A program made the position numbers and the translations under genes. The notes beneath the pieces were generated by a model that saw nothing but the letters and a program-made list of their open reading frames with translations, ran no database searches and was not told where the DNA came from. A stretch of DNA of 63,408 nt, counting the filler, from Nitrospirae bacterium CG2_30_53_67 (GTDB lineage Bacteria; CG2-30-53-67): NCBI GenBank assembly GCA_001873285.1. It is 7 parts of 7 records of this genome, joined end to end, with 100 filler letters (N's around TTAATTAATTAA, not from the genome) between each part and the next. Parts side by side here need not be neighbours in the genome. Positions count along the whole stretch, not along the records: positions 1 to 24,534 come from MNYV01000090.1; 6 more parts are not named here. One strand, 5' to 3'. Every line of letters begins with the position of its first letter. Position 1 is the stretch's first letter. Positions 1 through 8,727 of the stretch are shown piece by piece.

Positions 1-50
1 ATTCCCGGCGCGGGCCCGCCGCCTACGACAATGGCTAATGTCTCACTCAT
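1..50 (-). CDS. 5' fragment of a probable (PPi-dependent) 6-phosphofructokinase, running off the window edge
   Basis: Reverse strand from ATG at 50 reads MSETLAIVVGGGPAPG, the typical Pfk/Pfp N-terminal Gly-rich motif; GGAGA RBS upstream. Not in the ORF track. Confidence 0.7.
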   Translation of the reverse strand, partial: MSETLAIVVGGGPAPG

Positions 51-71
51 GTTTTTTCTCCCATTGAGTGG

Positions 72-500
72 CTAAAAAGGGATGTCATCCTCAATCGTGG
101 AGGCGGAGCTTGGCGCCTCATTTTCAGTTGCTGTATGGTCGGAACCAGGGGCGGAAGCGGAACCGGAACCGGGACCTCCCAGCATGATCATGTTCTCCGC
201 CCGGACTTCAGTGGTATACCGCTTGTTCCCGTCTTTATCTTCCCAGGACCTAGTGGTCAGCCTTCCTTCGATGTACACCTGTTTTCCCTTGGTCAGATAT
301 TCCCCGCAGATCTCGCCCAGTTTACCCCAGGCCACGATGTTATGCCATTCTGTCCGCTCGTTCTTCTGTCCGTCCTTACCGGTCCAAGACTCGTTTGTTG
401 CCATGGAGAAGTTAGCCACAGCCGACCCGTTCGTCGTATATCTCACCTCCGGGTTTTTCCCTAGTCTGCCGATAAGCTGTACCCTGTTTAAACTTTTCAT
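72..500 (-). CDS. ssb: single-stranded DNA-binding protein
   Basis: LNRVQLIGRLGKNPEVR OB-fold start, TEWHNIV, acidic tail DDIPF. Confidence 0.98.
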   Translation of the reverse strand: MKSLNRVQLIGRLGKNPEVRYTTNGSAVANFSMATNESWTGKDGQKNERTEWHNIVAWGKLGEICGEYLTKGKQVYIEGRLTTRSWEDKDGNKRYTTEVRAENMIMLGGPGSGSASAPGSDHTATENEAPSSASTIEDDIPF

Positions 501-520
501 GAAGACGCCCCCTCGATTCC

Positions 521-638
521 CCGATCAAAGTCGAGGACAAGTTTATAACATCAAATCCGAACGGATGAAAGGTATAGGCCTGTCCTCCGACCCTCCGATC
601 AAGTCGGAAGGCAAGCTTGATCGGGGGACCGGAAATCC
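521..638. repeat. degenerate palindromic REP/RPE-like repeats (family D) upstream of ssb
   Basis: gattccccgatcaaagtcgaggacaag and cctccgatcaagtcggaaggcaagcttgatcggggg resemble 13958-13982 and 37226-37296. Confidence 0.5.
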
Positions 639-704
639 GATTATTTTATAGCAGAAATCCTAAAAGAAAAGCAAGGGGATTTTTAGGTTCAGGATGGCCA
701 GTTA

Positions 705-888
705 GTAGCCCCTATTCGTAAATACGGTGGCATTTGAGTGCCGTAGGGCGGCCTTCTCTCCGTTCCGCTCCTTGCAGCGTACCAGAGGGGTACACCTCAG
801 TCGCGCGCGGGGATGAGACCGCCCTACGACCCTCTACCGGTAAACCGAGTACAAGTCGGTACGTCACCATATTTACGAACAGGACCGC
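705..888. mobile_element. MITE family A, copy 1 (reverse orientation relative to copies 2 and 3)
   Basis: Imperfect terminal inverted repeats around TTCGTAAATA/TATTTACGAA; TTA on both flanks; near reverse complement of 42296-42478. Confidence 0.8.
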
Positions 889-2736
889 TTAGTTGGAGCC
901 GTTTTGCAGGGCAACGAGGGCCTTTTCGTCCATTTTGTTCTGCTCGTAATATTCCCTTTCCAGTTCCTCGAGGGTAAAACGGTCCAGGCCGCTGTTTTCG
1001 AAGAAGTCCTGCCGGAGCATGTTGTTCTGTTCGGCAATGATCTGCGGCAGAAGTTTTTCTTTATAATAGATCTCCTTGTTGAGGTTCAGTATGGCCTGGT
1101 TGAGGAGATGATCCAGAAGGTTCTTGTTGATATCCAGATAGACCGAGATCTCGGTGAAAAGTTGTCTCCGTATGGCTTCTCGCTGCTGTCTTCCGTGGAT
1201 CTTGGTATAGACGTCAAGAACCCTTTCTTTAATACGATCATAGATTGTGAAATAGAGTTTTTGCTGGTCTTGAATTTCTGAAATGGTTTCAACAACGTCG
1301 GCGAGGGTTTTGTCCCCGTTCTCGATGCCCTGGATTCCCGCAGAGAGGGCAAGGATCTTCTTCCTGCCGTAATGAGAGAGATATTTGTTCTGTAAGACGG
1401 TTAGGATAAAGAGTTCATAAAAGAGATTAGGATAGGTCTCGTCAAAAACCTTTTTATGCCCTAAAAGGCTTCTGAGTTTGTCCGGGGTGAGTTCGATCTC
1501 TTCGTTGAAGGCGAGTTGGTTGATGATCATGTAGGTGGCGTCATATCGGTCGAAATGCGTCACGATGTATCCGAAGTTTTCCAAAGGCCAGTCATTCCCC
1601 TGCTTTTCTGAGAGCTCGTCGCAGATTCGCACGGTATCCATCAGGATGCCGTCGAAGGTCGGGTCCTGAAACACCGTGGCCTTGTTTTTTGCCCAGAGAA
1701 GTTTGACCATGTCATCTTTTGTGATCAGTTTGTCGAGGTTATCCTCCTTGATGAAAAGCCCCTCCAAGATCTCTCTGGTTTCCTGGATGTACTCAGGTTC
1801 ATCCACCTCCATCAGTTTTTTGTTCTTTAAAAGCTGATCATCCAGGATATTGGGAAGGACGATAGGAATGTTGTTCCGTACGCAGAGGGTTCTCAGCCGG
1901 ATCAGCCGGGCCTGCTGCGAGTGGCTGATTTCCTGACGGGCCTCTCCTTCGATCAGGACATCCTTGCATTCATCAATAATCCGCTTGTTTTCAGGGTGTT
2001 TGTAAATGACATCGATTTTCATCCGTTCCTGATCGTACTGATTGATCCGATAATGTGAGGCCAAGGCATGGATCCTATCCGCATCCTTTTCGGAAATGGA
2101 TTTGTTCTTGTAGTAGATCTCTTTATACAGGTTATAGAACGCCTCATGGTGTTTGTTGACGATCCGGATCAGAAAGAAAAGATACCGGGGACGGTTCATT
2201 TCCGTGAGGATTTCGGAAACGAGTCCCAGGTCATCGCCCCGGCCTACATAGGTTGAGCGTTTGAGGCGTTTCCCTATGCTGCGCAGGATATATTCCTGCT
2301 GCCGGCGGAATTCTTTTATTTCTTCGAAATAGACGAAGAAAAAATAATTTGCAAGGGTGTTGCCTTCGAAGAAGATCTTTCCATAGTCGTCAAACCAGTG
2401 GCTTCGAGAGATAAATTCAATTCCTTTGCCTTCATCCGAGGCTACGGCGCCGCACATAATCAGCCTGTTTAAAACCTCTTTCCGCATCAGGTCTTCAATG
2501 GGCTGCTCCCCTCCGAACATGTACTCACAGAAACTTCCGCCGTTTCCCTTGTGCAGAATTCCATCGCGCGTGAGAATCAGTTCGTTGCCGAGAGAGAAGA
2601 ATCGGGTGAAAGGCCCCGACTTTGGATCTTTCCCCTCTTCGAAGAAATAGCGATGGCTGATATCGTGACCAGCGATGGTCGTGAAGTATTCGATCTGATC
2701 GGATATGGCGCCGTGTAAACGGATGTCTTGAATCAT
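889..2736 (-). CDS. TIGR04442-family conserved deltaproteobacterial protein
   Basis: 615 aa; N-terminus MIQDIRLHG..IEYF..AG.D..HRYFF and GNGGSFCEYMFG recalled from this family. Confidence 0.75.
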   Translation of the reverse strand: MIQDIRLHGAISDQIEYFTTIAGHDISHRYFFEEGKDPKSGPFTRFFSLGNELILTRDGILHKGNGGSFCEYMFGGEQPIEDLMRKEVLNRLIMCGAVASDEGKGIEFISRSHWFDDYGKIFFEGNTLANYFFFVYFEEIKEFRRQQEYILRSIGKRLKRSTYVGRGDDLGLVSEILTEMNRPRYLFFLIRIVNKHHEAFYNLYKEIYYKNKSISEKDADRIHALASHYRINQYDQERMKIDVIYKHPENKRIIDECKDVLIEGEARQEISHSQQARLIRLRTLCVRNNIPIVLPNILDDQLLKNKKLMEVDEPEYIQETREILEGLFIKEDNLDKLITKDDMVKLLWAKNKATVFQDPTFDGILMDTVRICDELSEKQGNDWPLENFGYIVTHFDRYDATYMIINQLAFNEEIELTPDKLRSLLGHKKVFDETYPNLFYELFILTVLQNKYLSHYGRKKILALSAGIQGIENGDKTLADVVETISEIQDQQKLYFTIYDRIKERVLDVYTKIHGRQQREAIRRQLFTEISVYLDINKNLLDHLLNQAILNLNKEIYYKEKLLPQIIAEQNNMLRQDFFENSGLDRFTLEELEREYYEQNKMDEKALVALQNGSN

Positions 2737-2855
2737 GTGTGTGAAGAAATTTACCCGAATTTACAATAAGTTCCGTATGATTTCATTTTATACAATCCGG
2801 CGCTTTCTGTAAAGGGGGAAATTGAAAATCTTAAAACAGGGTGTAACTAGGTTGA

Positions 2856-4127
2856 TTAAACGGTCTCGCCCAGTATGGGTTTTATCTTCACCTTGAGAAT
2901 GCGGTGCCTTTCCAGTTTATGCGCTGAGATCAAGTATTGTTTGAAGGAGATCGCCTCGGCCTCCTTGGGGATCTTGCCGAAGATATCCAGAAGAAATCCG
3001 GCAATCGTTTCATATTCTCCTTTAGGGAACTTGATCCCGCTCTCTTCATAGACCTCGTCGAGTGTCAGCCGTCCGTCCAGGATCATGACGCCGCCGGGGA
3101 AACGTTCTACTTTTTTGGTTTCTTGATCGTATTCATCACGAATTTCTCCGGTAATCTCCTCGAGAAGATCCTGCATCGTGACCAGTCCGGCCACGCCCCC
3201 GTATTCATCGGCCACGATACTGATCTGCCGTTTTTCCTTTCGGAATTCATCAAGGAGATGATCCACCCGCTTTGTCTCCGGTACAAAAGAGGGTTTGCGA
3301 AGGACCTTCTGAGGTTCAAATCCCCCGGGATCAGACCAGTAAGGGATCAGGTCCCGGACAAAAAGAAAACCGACGATATTGTCGATATGATTCCGGTAAA
3401 CGGGATATCTGGAATGGCCGGATTCTATAATGGTTTTCAGGATCGTTTCGTTTGAGTCGCGAAGGTCGATGGCGGCAATGTCCGTTCTGGGCGCCATCAC
3501 CTCCTTGACAATGGTCTTGCTGATTTCAAAGATTCCGTGAAGCATCTCCCCTTTTTCTTTCTGAAGGACCCCTTCTTCTTCTCCATGGGTGATGATGGAT
3601 CGGATTTCTTCCATGGAGATCCGGACGTTCATGGGTTTTACCCGTAAGACCCCCTTCAGAATGAAGCTTGAGATCAACGTGGTCACGCTCACCAGGGGGG
3701 CGAGGATCACGGTCAGCCATTGGATCGGGCGTGCGGCCAGAAAAGAAACCTCCTCGGCATGGTGGGCGGAAAAGGTTTTGGGTGTGATCTCGGATACAAT
3801 CAAAAGGAAAAAGGTAATGATGAGCGTAGCGGCCAGCATAGCGGTCTCCTTGCCGAAAGAGGGTTCGAGCATCTGAGCGGCCAGGGCCCCGGCCAGAACC
3901 GAAGCGGCTGCATTGGCCAGGTTGTTCCCCACCAGGATGGTTCCCAGAAGCCGGTCGGTCTTTTTCAAAAGCTGCTCGACCAAGATGGCACGCTTGTCCC
4001 CCTCTTGTACAAGATGTCTCAGGCGGGTTTTTCGGAAGGAAGTCAGGGCCGTCTCCGAACCCGAGAAAAAGGCGGAAAGGGCAAGGAGGATCAGGATCAA
4101 GCATAGAAAAAGCCGACTTTCATTCAA
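2856..4127 (-). CDS. HlyC/CorC (CNNM-CBS-CorC) transporter-associated protein
   Basis: LSAFFSGSETALTS, TILVGNNLAN, EITPK, CBS pair, VADEYGGVAGLVTMQDLLEEITGEIRDEYD. Confidence 0.93.
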   Translation of the reverse strand: MNESRLFLCLILILLALSAFFSGSETALTSFRKTRLRHLVQEGDKRAILVEQLLKKTDRLLGTILVGNNLANAAASVLAGALAAQMLEPSFGKETAMLAATLIITFFLLIVSEITPKTFSAHHAEEVSFLAARPIQWLTVILAPLVSVTTLISSFILKGVLRVKPMNVRISMEEIRSIITHGEEEGVLQKEKGEMLHGIFEISKTIVKEVMAPRTDIAAIDLRDSNETILKTIIESGHSRYPVYRNHIDNIVGFLFVRDLIPYWSDPGGFEPQKVLRKPSFVPETKRVDHLLDEFRKEKRQISIVADEYGGVAGLVTMQDLLEEITGEIRDEYDQETKKVERFPGGVMILDGRLTLDEVYEESGIKFPKGEYETIAGFLLDIFGKIPKEAEAISFKQYLISAHKLERHRILKVKIKPILGETV

Positions 4128-4151
4128 AATGAAACGCCTCCTGTTCCCGCT

Positions 4152-5564
4152 TTATCTTTTCAAAGGCCATTGATACGTGAAGATCAGAGCAACCAGGTCC
4201 CGTTCGATCCGCGGGCCGGCCACAGCGCCCTGGAGGTCTCTTTTCTGTATGGTATGATTCCATGAAAGAGATCCTGAGAGGTCACGGGTAATGGAATAGC
4301 TGGTCCCGACGCCGACGCGGAGGGTATCATATTTGTCCTGTAAAAAGTCCGATTCATTCTTGTTCTGGTCGTAACGGCCGTTCAAAAAGGCGCTCAGCCG
4401 GTCCGAGAGGCGGTGGTTATAATTGGCGCTGTAAGACCGGCGGATCGATGTCCCGCCATAAGCGGATCGTTGATAGGTATCCTGGTCAAATGATAGAGAG
4501 AGGGATGAAGACTCAAAGGTTTTGTTGATGGTGAGATTGTAGATTAACCCGGAACTTTTCTGTGAATCGTCGCTGATAGGTTCTATAGTTACACCAGGGA
4601 AGACAATCGGCATTCCAGTATGTGCGATGGCGTATATATATGATGAGGCTATAGCAGCTTGGACAAGACTTCCTTCTGGCAGAGAATGGGGGACTTCAAT
4701 GCCTCCGCCTGGAACAAGAGCGAGAATTTTTGTGACATCTTCGGTCCTTCTTGTGCCGATGTATAGACTGGTATTCAAGGTGGATGAAAATTGGTGTGAC
4801 CATCCGATATAGGCGGATTTGTTTATGGACCGGTCAAATTCCGAGTTGAAAAGAAGCTCATAAAAATCTGGACCGATCGGTCTATACACAGCGCTCTGCC
4901 TCAGTTCCAGATCGCTCCTTTCATAATTCGTGTTATTTGCGGAAATCGAAGTGAAGACGGTATTCTGGGCATCCAGACTGTAGTTGTAGGAGATCGTCCC
5001 TCCGTTACCGGATGAGTCATAGTAAGCCGGCAGGGAGTAACGGAACAAGGAATGGGTCGCGCTCAGGCTGATGAAGGCCTTGGGAGATACCGAATAGCTC
5101 ATGGATCCGGTCACGGAATTGGATTTGTTTCTGACCTGTTCCACGATAATGTCCGATTCGGTCTCGCTGGCCCCGGCCCTCAGGAACCTGTCCGAATCCT
5201 TCATACTGGCGAAATTGTCCGACAAGGAGAGGCTGAGACGCTGCGAGAGTTTGTGCGAGGCGTTCAGCGTGACGTAATGGTTTCCATAATTTGCTCCCGG
5301 GAAAGAAGAGTATTGAAATCGGCTGGTCCGGTAGTTGAGGCCTATATCCGTGTCCGGTGATACGGCATGAAACGGGAAGGCGATGTCTGCCTGATAGTTA
5401 AAATCACTCTCTTTATTGGATGCGCTCCAATAAATGTTGGAATCATATTCCAAGCCCATCGACACTTTGGGGATGAAGGTGTAGTTCCATTCGGCGTTGA
5501 CCTGAGCGATGATGGTTGTTTGGATGACTAAAAAAATAAATAACCAGAAGATTCCTTTTTTCAT
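4152..5564 (-). CDS. outer-membrane beta-barrel protein (polysaccharide-export/PEP-CTERM-associated type)
   Basis: Signal peptide, YDSNIY motif near N-terminus, alternating Ser/Tyr-rich beta strands, aromatic C-terminal strand FTYQW. Confidence 0.65.
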   Translation of the reverse strand: MKKGIFWLFIFLVIQTTIIAQVNAEWNYTFIPKVSMGLEYDSNIYWSASNKESDFNYQADIAFPFHAVSPDTDIGLNYRTSRFQYSSFPGANYGNHYVTLNASHKLSQRLSLSLSDNFASMKDSDRFLRAGASETESDIIVEQVRNKSNSVTGSMSYSVSPKAFISLSATHSLFRYSLPAYYDSSGNGGTISYNYSLDAQNTVFTSISANNTNYERSDLELRQSAVYRPIGPDFYELLFNSEFDRSINKSAYIGWSHQFSSTLNTSLYIGTRRTEDVTKILALVPGGGIEVPHSLPEGSLVQAAIASSYIYAIAHTGMPIVFPGVTIEPISDDSQKSSGLIYNLTINKTFESSSLSLSFDQDTYQRSAYGGTSIRRSYSANYNHRLSDRLSAFLNGRYDQNKNESDFLQDKYDTLRVGVGTSYSITRDLSGSLSWNHTIQKRDLQGAVAGPRIERDLVALIFTYQWPLKR

Positions 5565-5657
5565 ATTGCCTCCTTCTTGTTGATTGAATGGCCGATACAG
5601 AGAACCTCAAAATCTTTATTTTAATTTCTGCCGCGTTCATGATTTTTAAAGAATTTC

Positions 5658-6737
5658 CTATGTTTTTTTTAACCCATGGTTCTTTGCGGATCGTTTCAAC
5701 CATCGTTCTGCAGGAAGATAGGCCGCACGCCTGGACCATGAGGACTGATAGAGCCGGTTCATGAACCGCCAGGGGTCTCCTCTCGTGGTTCCCCAGATTA
5801 CAAAGCGGTGGGCCATGGCGCCGAACCTTTGGAACAGGTATCGATTGGAGAGCGAGGTATAGATCTGTCTTCCAAAGGCCTCTTTCCAGAGGGCGTTATA
5901 GTCTGAACCCTCTATGATGCTTCGGGCGGCGAGATACCCGGAGGTCAGGGCATACCGGATCCCGAAACCAAAAAGAAAATCCTGGAACCCTGCCGCCTCC
6001 CCTGCGTAGAGCCGATGATGATGAACCGCGTTTCGGGTTGGGAAGTAGCTGCCGTAACCGGTAAACCGCCGAGTCTCTTCCATGGAAAATGGGCGGATGT
6101 TCTGAAAGGCCCGGATGCTGTGGTCAAGGTGGTTGAACCCATTCTTGAAGTCTTTGAAGTAGACGCTCGCCAGGGTCGCCTGCCCCTGCCGGGCGAGAAG
6201 ATAGGCATAACCCCAGGGCGCGGCCCGGTTGTCCAGATAAGCCATGATGGTGTCATGGAGATCGGTCTTAAAAAGCACGCCGCTGGCCAGGGTATTGGGT
6301 CTTCCAGGGCCGGTTGCAATGATCTCCCCTTGGTCCGGGTTCATCCGCTGGTTGAACAGGATATGAACCCCGGCATCTTCGGCCTGTTTCTTCAGGGATC
6401 GGTCCAGGCTTCCTTTCAGCGGGCCTCGAAGGGTGAGATAGAAGAGAGGTTTGTCGGATTTTACGGTCCCTCCGAAATTCCCTTGCATGAAGAACTCGCC
6501 CTGCTTATAGGGTTGACAGAGGAAATCAGGGCGGATCGACATCCTCTGAATTGAAGAGAGAAAGTCTTCGCTTATACTCCAGTTTTCAATCCCCTGAAAG
6601 TCTCCGGAGAAGCGCATGCCCACGTCTCGGTTCCTTTCGAATACGGTGACGCCGTAACCGGCATGGGCCAGGTGGATGGCTGCGCACAACCCCGCAGGGC
6701 CGGCCCCGATGATTCGGATCTCTTTTTTTTTATTCAT
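5658..6737 (-). CDS. FAD-dependent oxidoreductase (geranylgeranyl-reductase-like)
   Basis: IIGAGPAGL Rossmann motif, GEAAGFQDFLFGFGIRYA second FAD motif; 4-nt overlap with nadE stop. Confidence 0.85.
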   Translation of the reverse strand: MNKKKEIRIIGAGPAGLCAAIHLAHAGYGVTVFERNRDVGMRFSGDFQGIENWSISEDFLSSIQRMSIRPDFLCQPYKQGEFFMQGNFGGTVKSDKPLFYLTLRGPLKGSLDRSLKKQAEDAGVHILFNQRMNPDQGEIIATGPGRPNTLASGVLFKTDLHDTIMAYLDNRAAPWGYAYLLARQGQATLASVYFKDFKNGFNHLDHSIRAFQNIRPFSMEETRRFTGYGSYFPTRNAVHHHRLYAGEAAGFQDFLFGFGIRYALTSGYLAARSIIEGSDYNALWKEAFGRQIYTSLSNRYLFQRFGAMAHRFVIWGTTRGDPWRFMNRLYQSSWSRRAAYLPAERWLKRSAKNHGLKKT

Positions 6738-8503
6738 ACGCTGTATTTATTCGTAATCGGCAGCCTGCGTCCTGAGCCGAAGGCCCTGGGCGTGATCCGG
6801 ATCCCCAGGGCGGCCTGCTGGCGCTTATACTCGTTTTTGTCGATCATCCGAATGATGCGGCGGACGGTTTTTTGATCATAACCCAGACCCACGATGTCCG
6901 AGGCGGATTCATCCAATTCTACATAAGCGTGCAGGATCCCGTCGAGGATCTCATAATCAGGGAGTGTATCCGAATCTTTTTGACCCGGAGAGAGTTCCGC
7001 CGAGGGGGGTTTGGTCATGATTCGTTCCGGGATCACCGGCTGTTCGGCCAGGCTGTTTCTGTAATCGGCGAGTTTATAGACGAGGGTCTTGGGCACATCG
7101 GAAATCAGGGCCAGTCCCCCTGCCATGTCGCCGTAGAGAGTGGCATATCCCACTCCCACTTCGGATTTGTTCCCCGTGCTGATGACCAGATAGCCGAACT
7201 TGTTGGAGAGCGCCATGAGGATCACCCCGCGGATTCGTGCCTGGATGTTTTCTTCAGTGACGTCTCTTTTTTTGCCTTTAAAAATTTTTGAAAGCGCTGC
7301 CGCAAAGGCGTCATAGATATCGTGGATCGGGATGATCTTCAGCCGGATGCCCAGGTTCCCGGCCAGTATTTTTGCATCCTCCACGCTATCCCTGGAGGTG
7401 ATCCTGCTCGGCATGGAGACCCCGATCACATGATCCGCGCCGATGGCGTCCACGGCCAGGGCGGCCGTCAGGGCGGAATCAATCCCTCCGGAGATCCCGA
7501 TGACGACCTTCCTGAAGCCGTTCTTCCGCGCATAATCGGAAAGGCCGAGTTTGAGCGCCGAATAGACCTCTTCGTATGGATGATAAGCCTCGTGGACCTC
7601 GCGCAGCAGGAAGGGATTCTCAGTGATGTCAAGTTTTTTCCGGCACGTCCCTTTATCGAGGCTGCGGGTGATCCCCGTGGAAGCAATGACCGTCAAGGGC
7701 CTTGCATTCAGTTTGGTTTCCAAAGTCCTCCGCCGGTTCCGGGGGTTTTTCAGCCGGTCATGGCGCACGTCGTCCAGGTTCAGGTCGGATACGATCAGGT
7801 CTTCCTCAAAGGCCTTGCCGAGGGATATCAGGTGTCCCTGCTGGTCGGCGATCAGGCTCCTGCCGTCAAAGACCAGATCGTCCTGGCCTCCGACCATATT
7901 GTTGAACATCAGGACGGCCAGATGATCCCTGGCCCTCGTGGCGATCATCTCCCGTCTCATGCCCGCCTTGCCGGCATGGAAGGGCGATGCGGAGATGTTG
8001 ACCACGAGTTCAGCTCCGTTTCGGGCCAGTTCCACGGCCGGACCGTCAGGGAACCAGATGTCCTCACAGATGGTCACCCCGAAGAGGGCGCAGTCCATAT
8101 CAAATAAGAAGCTTTGGGCCCCCTGCCGAAAATAGCGATGCTCGTCGAATACATCGTAATTCGGAAGAAGGATCTTGTGCTGGGTTCCGATCCATTGGCC
8201 GTCATGGAGGACGGCGGCGGCATTATAGAGATCGTCCGTGTAGTCCACGAATCCCACAATCACGCAGATCCCTTTTGTTTCCGGCAGGATTTTCTGCAGG
8301 CATTCGAGATTCTTCCGGATAAAGTCGGGCTTTAACAGGAGATCCTTGGGAGGGTATCCGGTTACGACAAGTTCCGGGAAGGAGAGGAGTTGAACCCCCT
8401 TTTTTCGGGCAGCCCGGATCCACTCGACCATTTTTTTACGGTTTCCATCCAGGTCCCCGACCACCGGGTTGATCTGTGCCATTCCCACGCGGAGACATCT
8501 CAT
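6734..8503 (-). CDS. nadE: glutamine-dependent NAD+ synthetase
   Basis: Nitrilase domain (FPEL, K..LPNY, ICEDIW) plus synthetase domain (GISGGIDS, ENIQARIR, TGNKSE). Confidence 0.96.
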   Translation of the reverse strand: MRCLRVGMAQINPVVGDLDGNRKKMVEWIRAARKKGVQLLSFPELVVTGYPPKDLLLKPDFIRKNLECLQKILPETKGICVIVGFVDYTDDLYNAAAVLHDGQWIGTQHKILLPNYDVFDEHRYFRQGAQSFLFDMDCALFGVTICEDIWFPDGPAVELARNGAELVVNISASPFHAGKAGMRREMIATRARDHLAVLMFNNMVGGQDDLVFDGRSLIADQQGHLISLGKAFEEDLIVSDLNLDDVRHDRLKNPRNRRRTLETKLNARPLTVIASTGITRSLDKGTCRKKLDITENPFLLREVHEAYHPYEEVYSALKLGLSDYARKNGFRKVVIGISGGIDSALTAALAVDAIGADHVIGVSMPSRITSRDSVEDAKILAGNLGIRLKIIPIHDIYDAFAAALSKIFKGKKRDVTEENIQARIRGVILMALSNKFGYLVISTGNKSEVGVGYATLYGDMAGGLALISDVPKTLVYKLADYRNSLAEQPVIPERIMTKPPSAELSPGQKDSDTLPDYEILDGILHAYVELDESASDIVGLGYDQKTVRRIIRMIDKNEYKRQQAALGIRITPRAFGSGRRLPITNKYSV

Positions 8504-8727
8504 GGAACCGCTCCTTCTCCAGAAAAGGTCCTTTTGTCCTTTGATTCAGAGCTATCATAAGAAATAGAGGGGAAAAATTCAAGCGAATTCACGCGCCTCT
8601 TTCAAAACGTTTGCTGACCGGAGTTTTTTCATAAAAACTTGGTTGTTTTCCGCCGGGGGTTATACTACTATAAAAAAAATTGCGGCTGATCATGGATGGA
8701 TGATGGACACGTGACGGAGGGGAAAGC

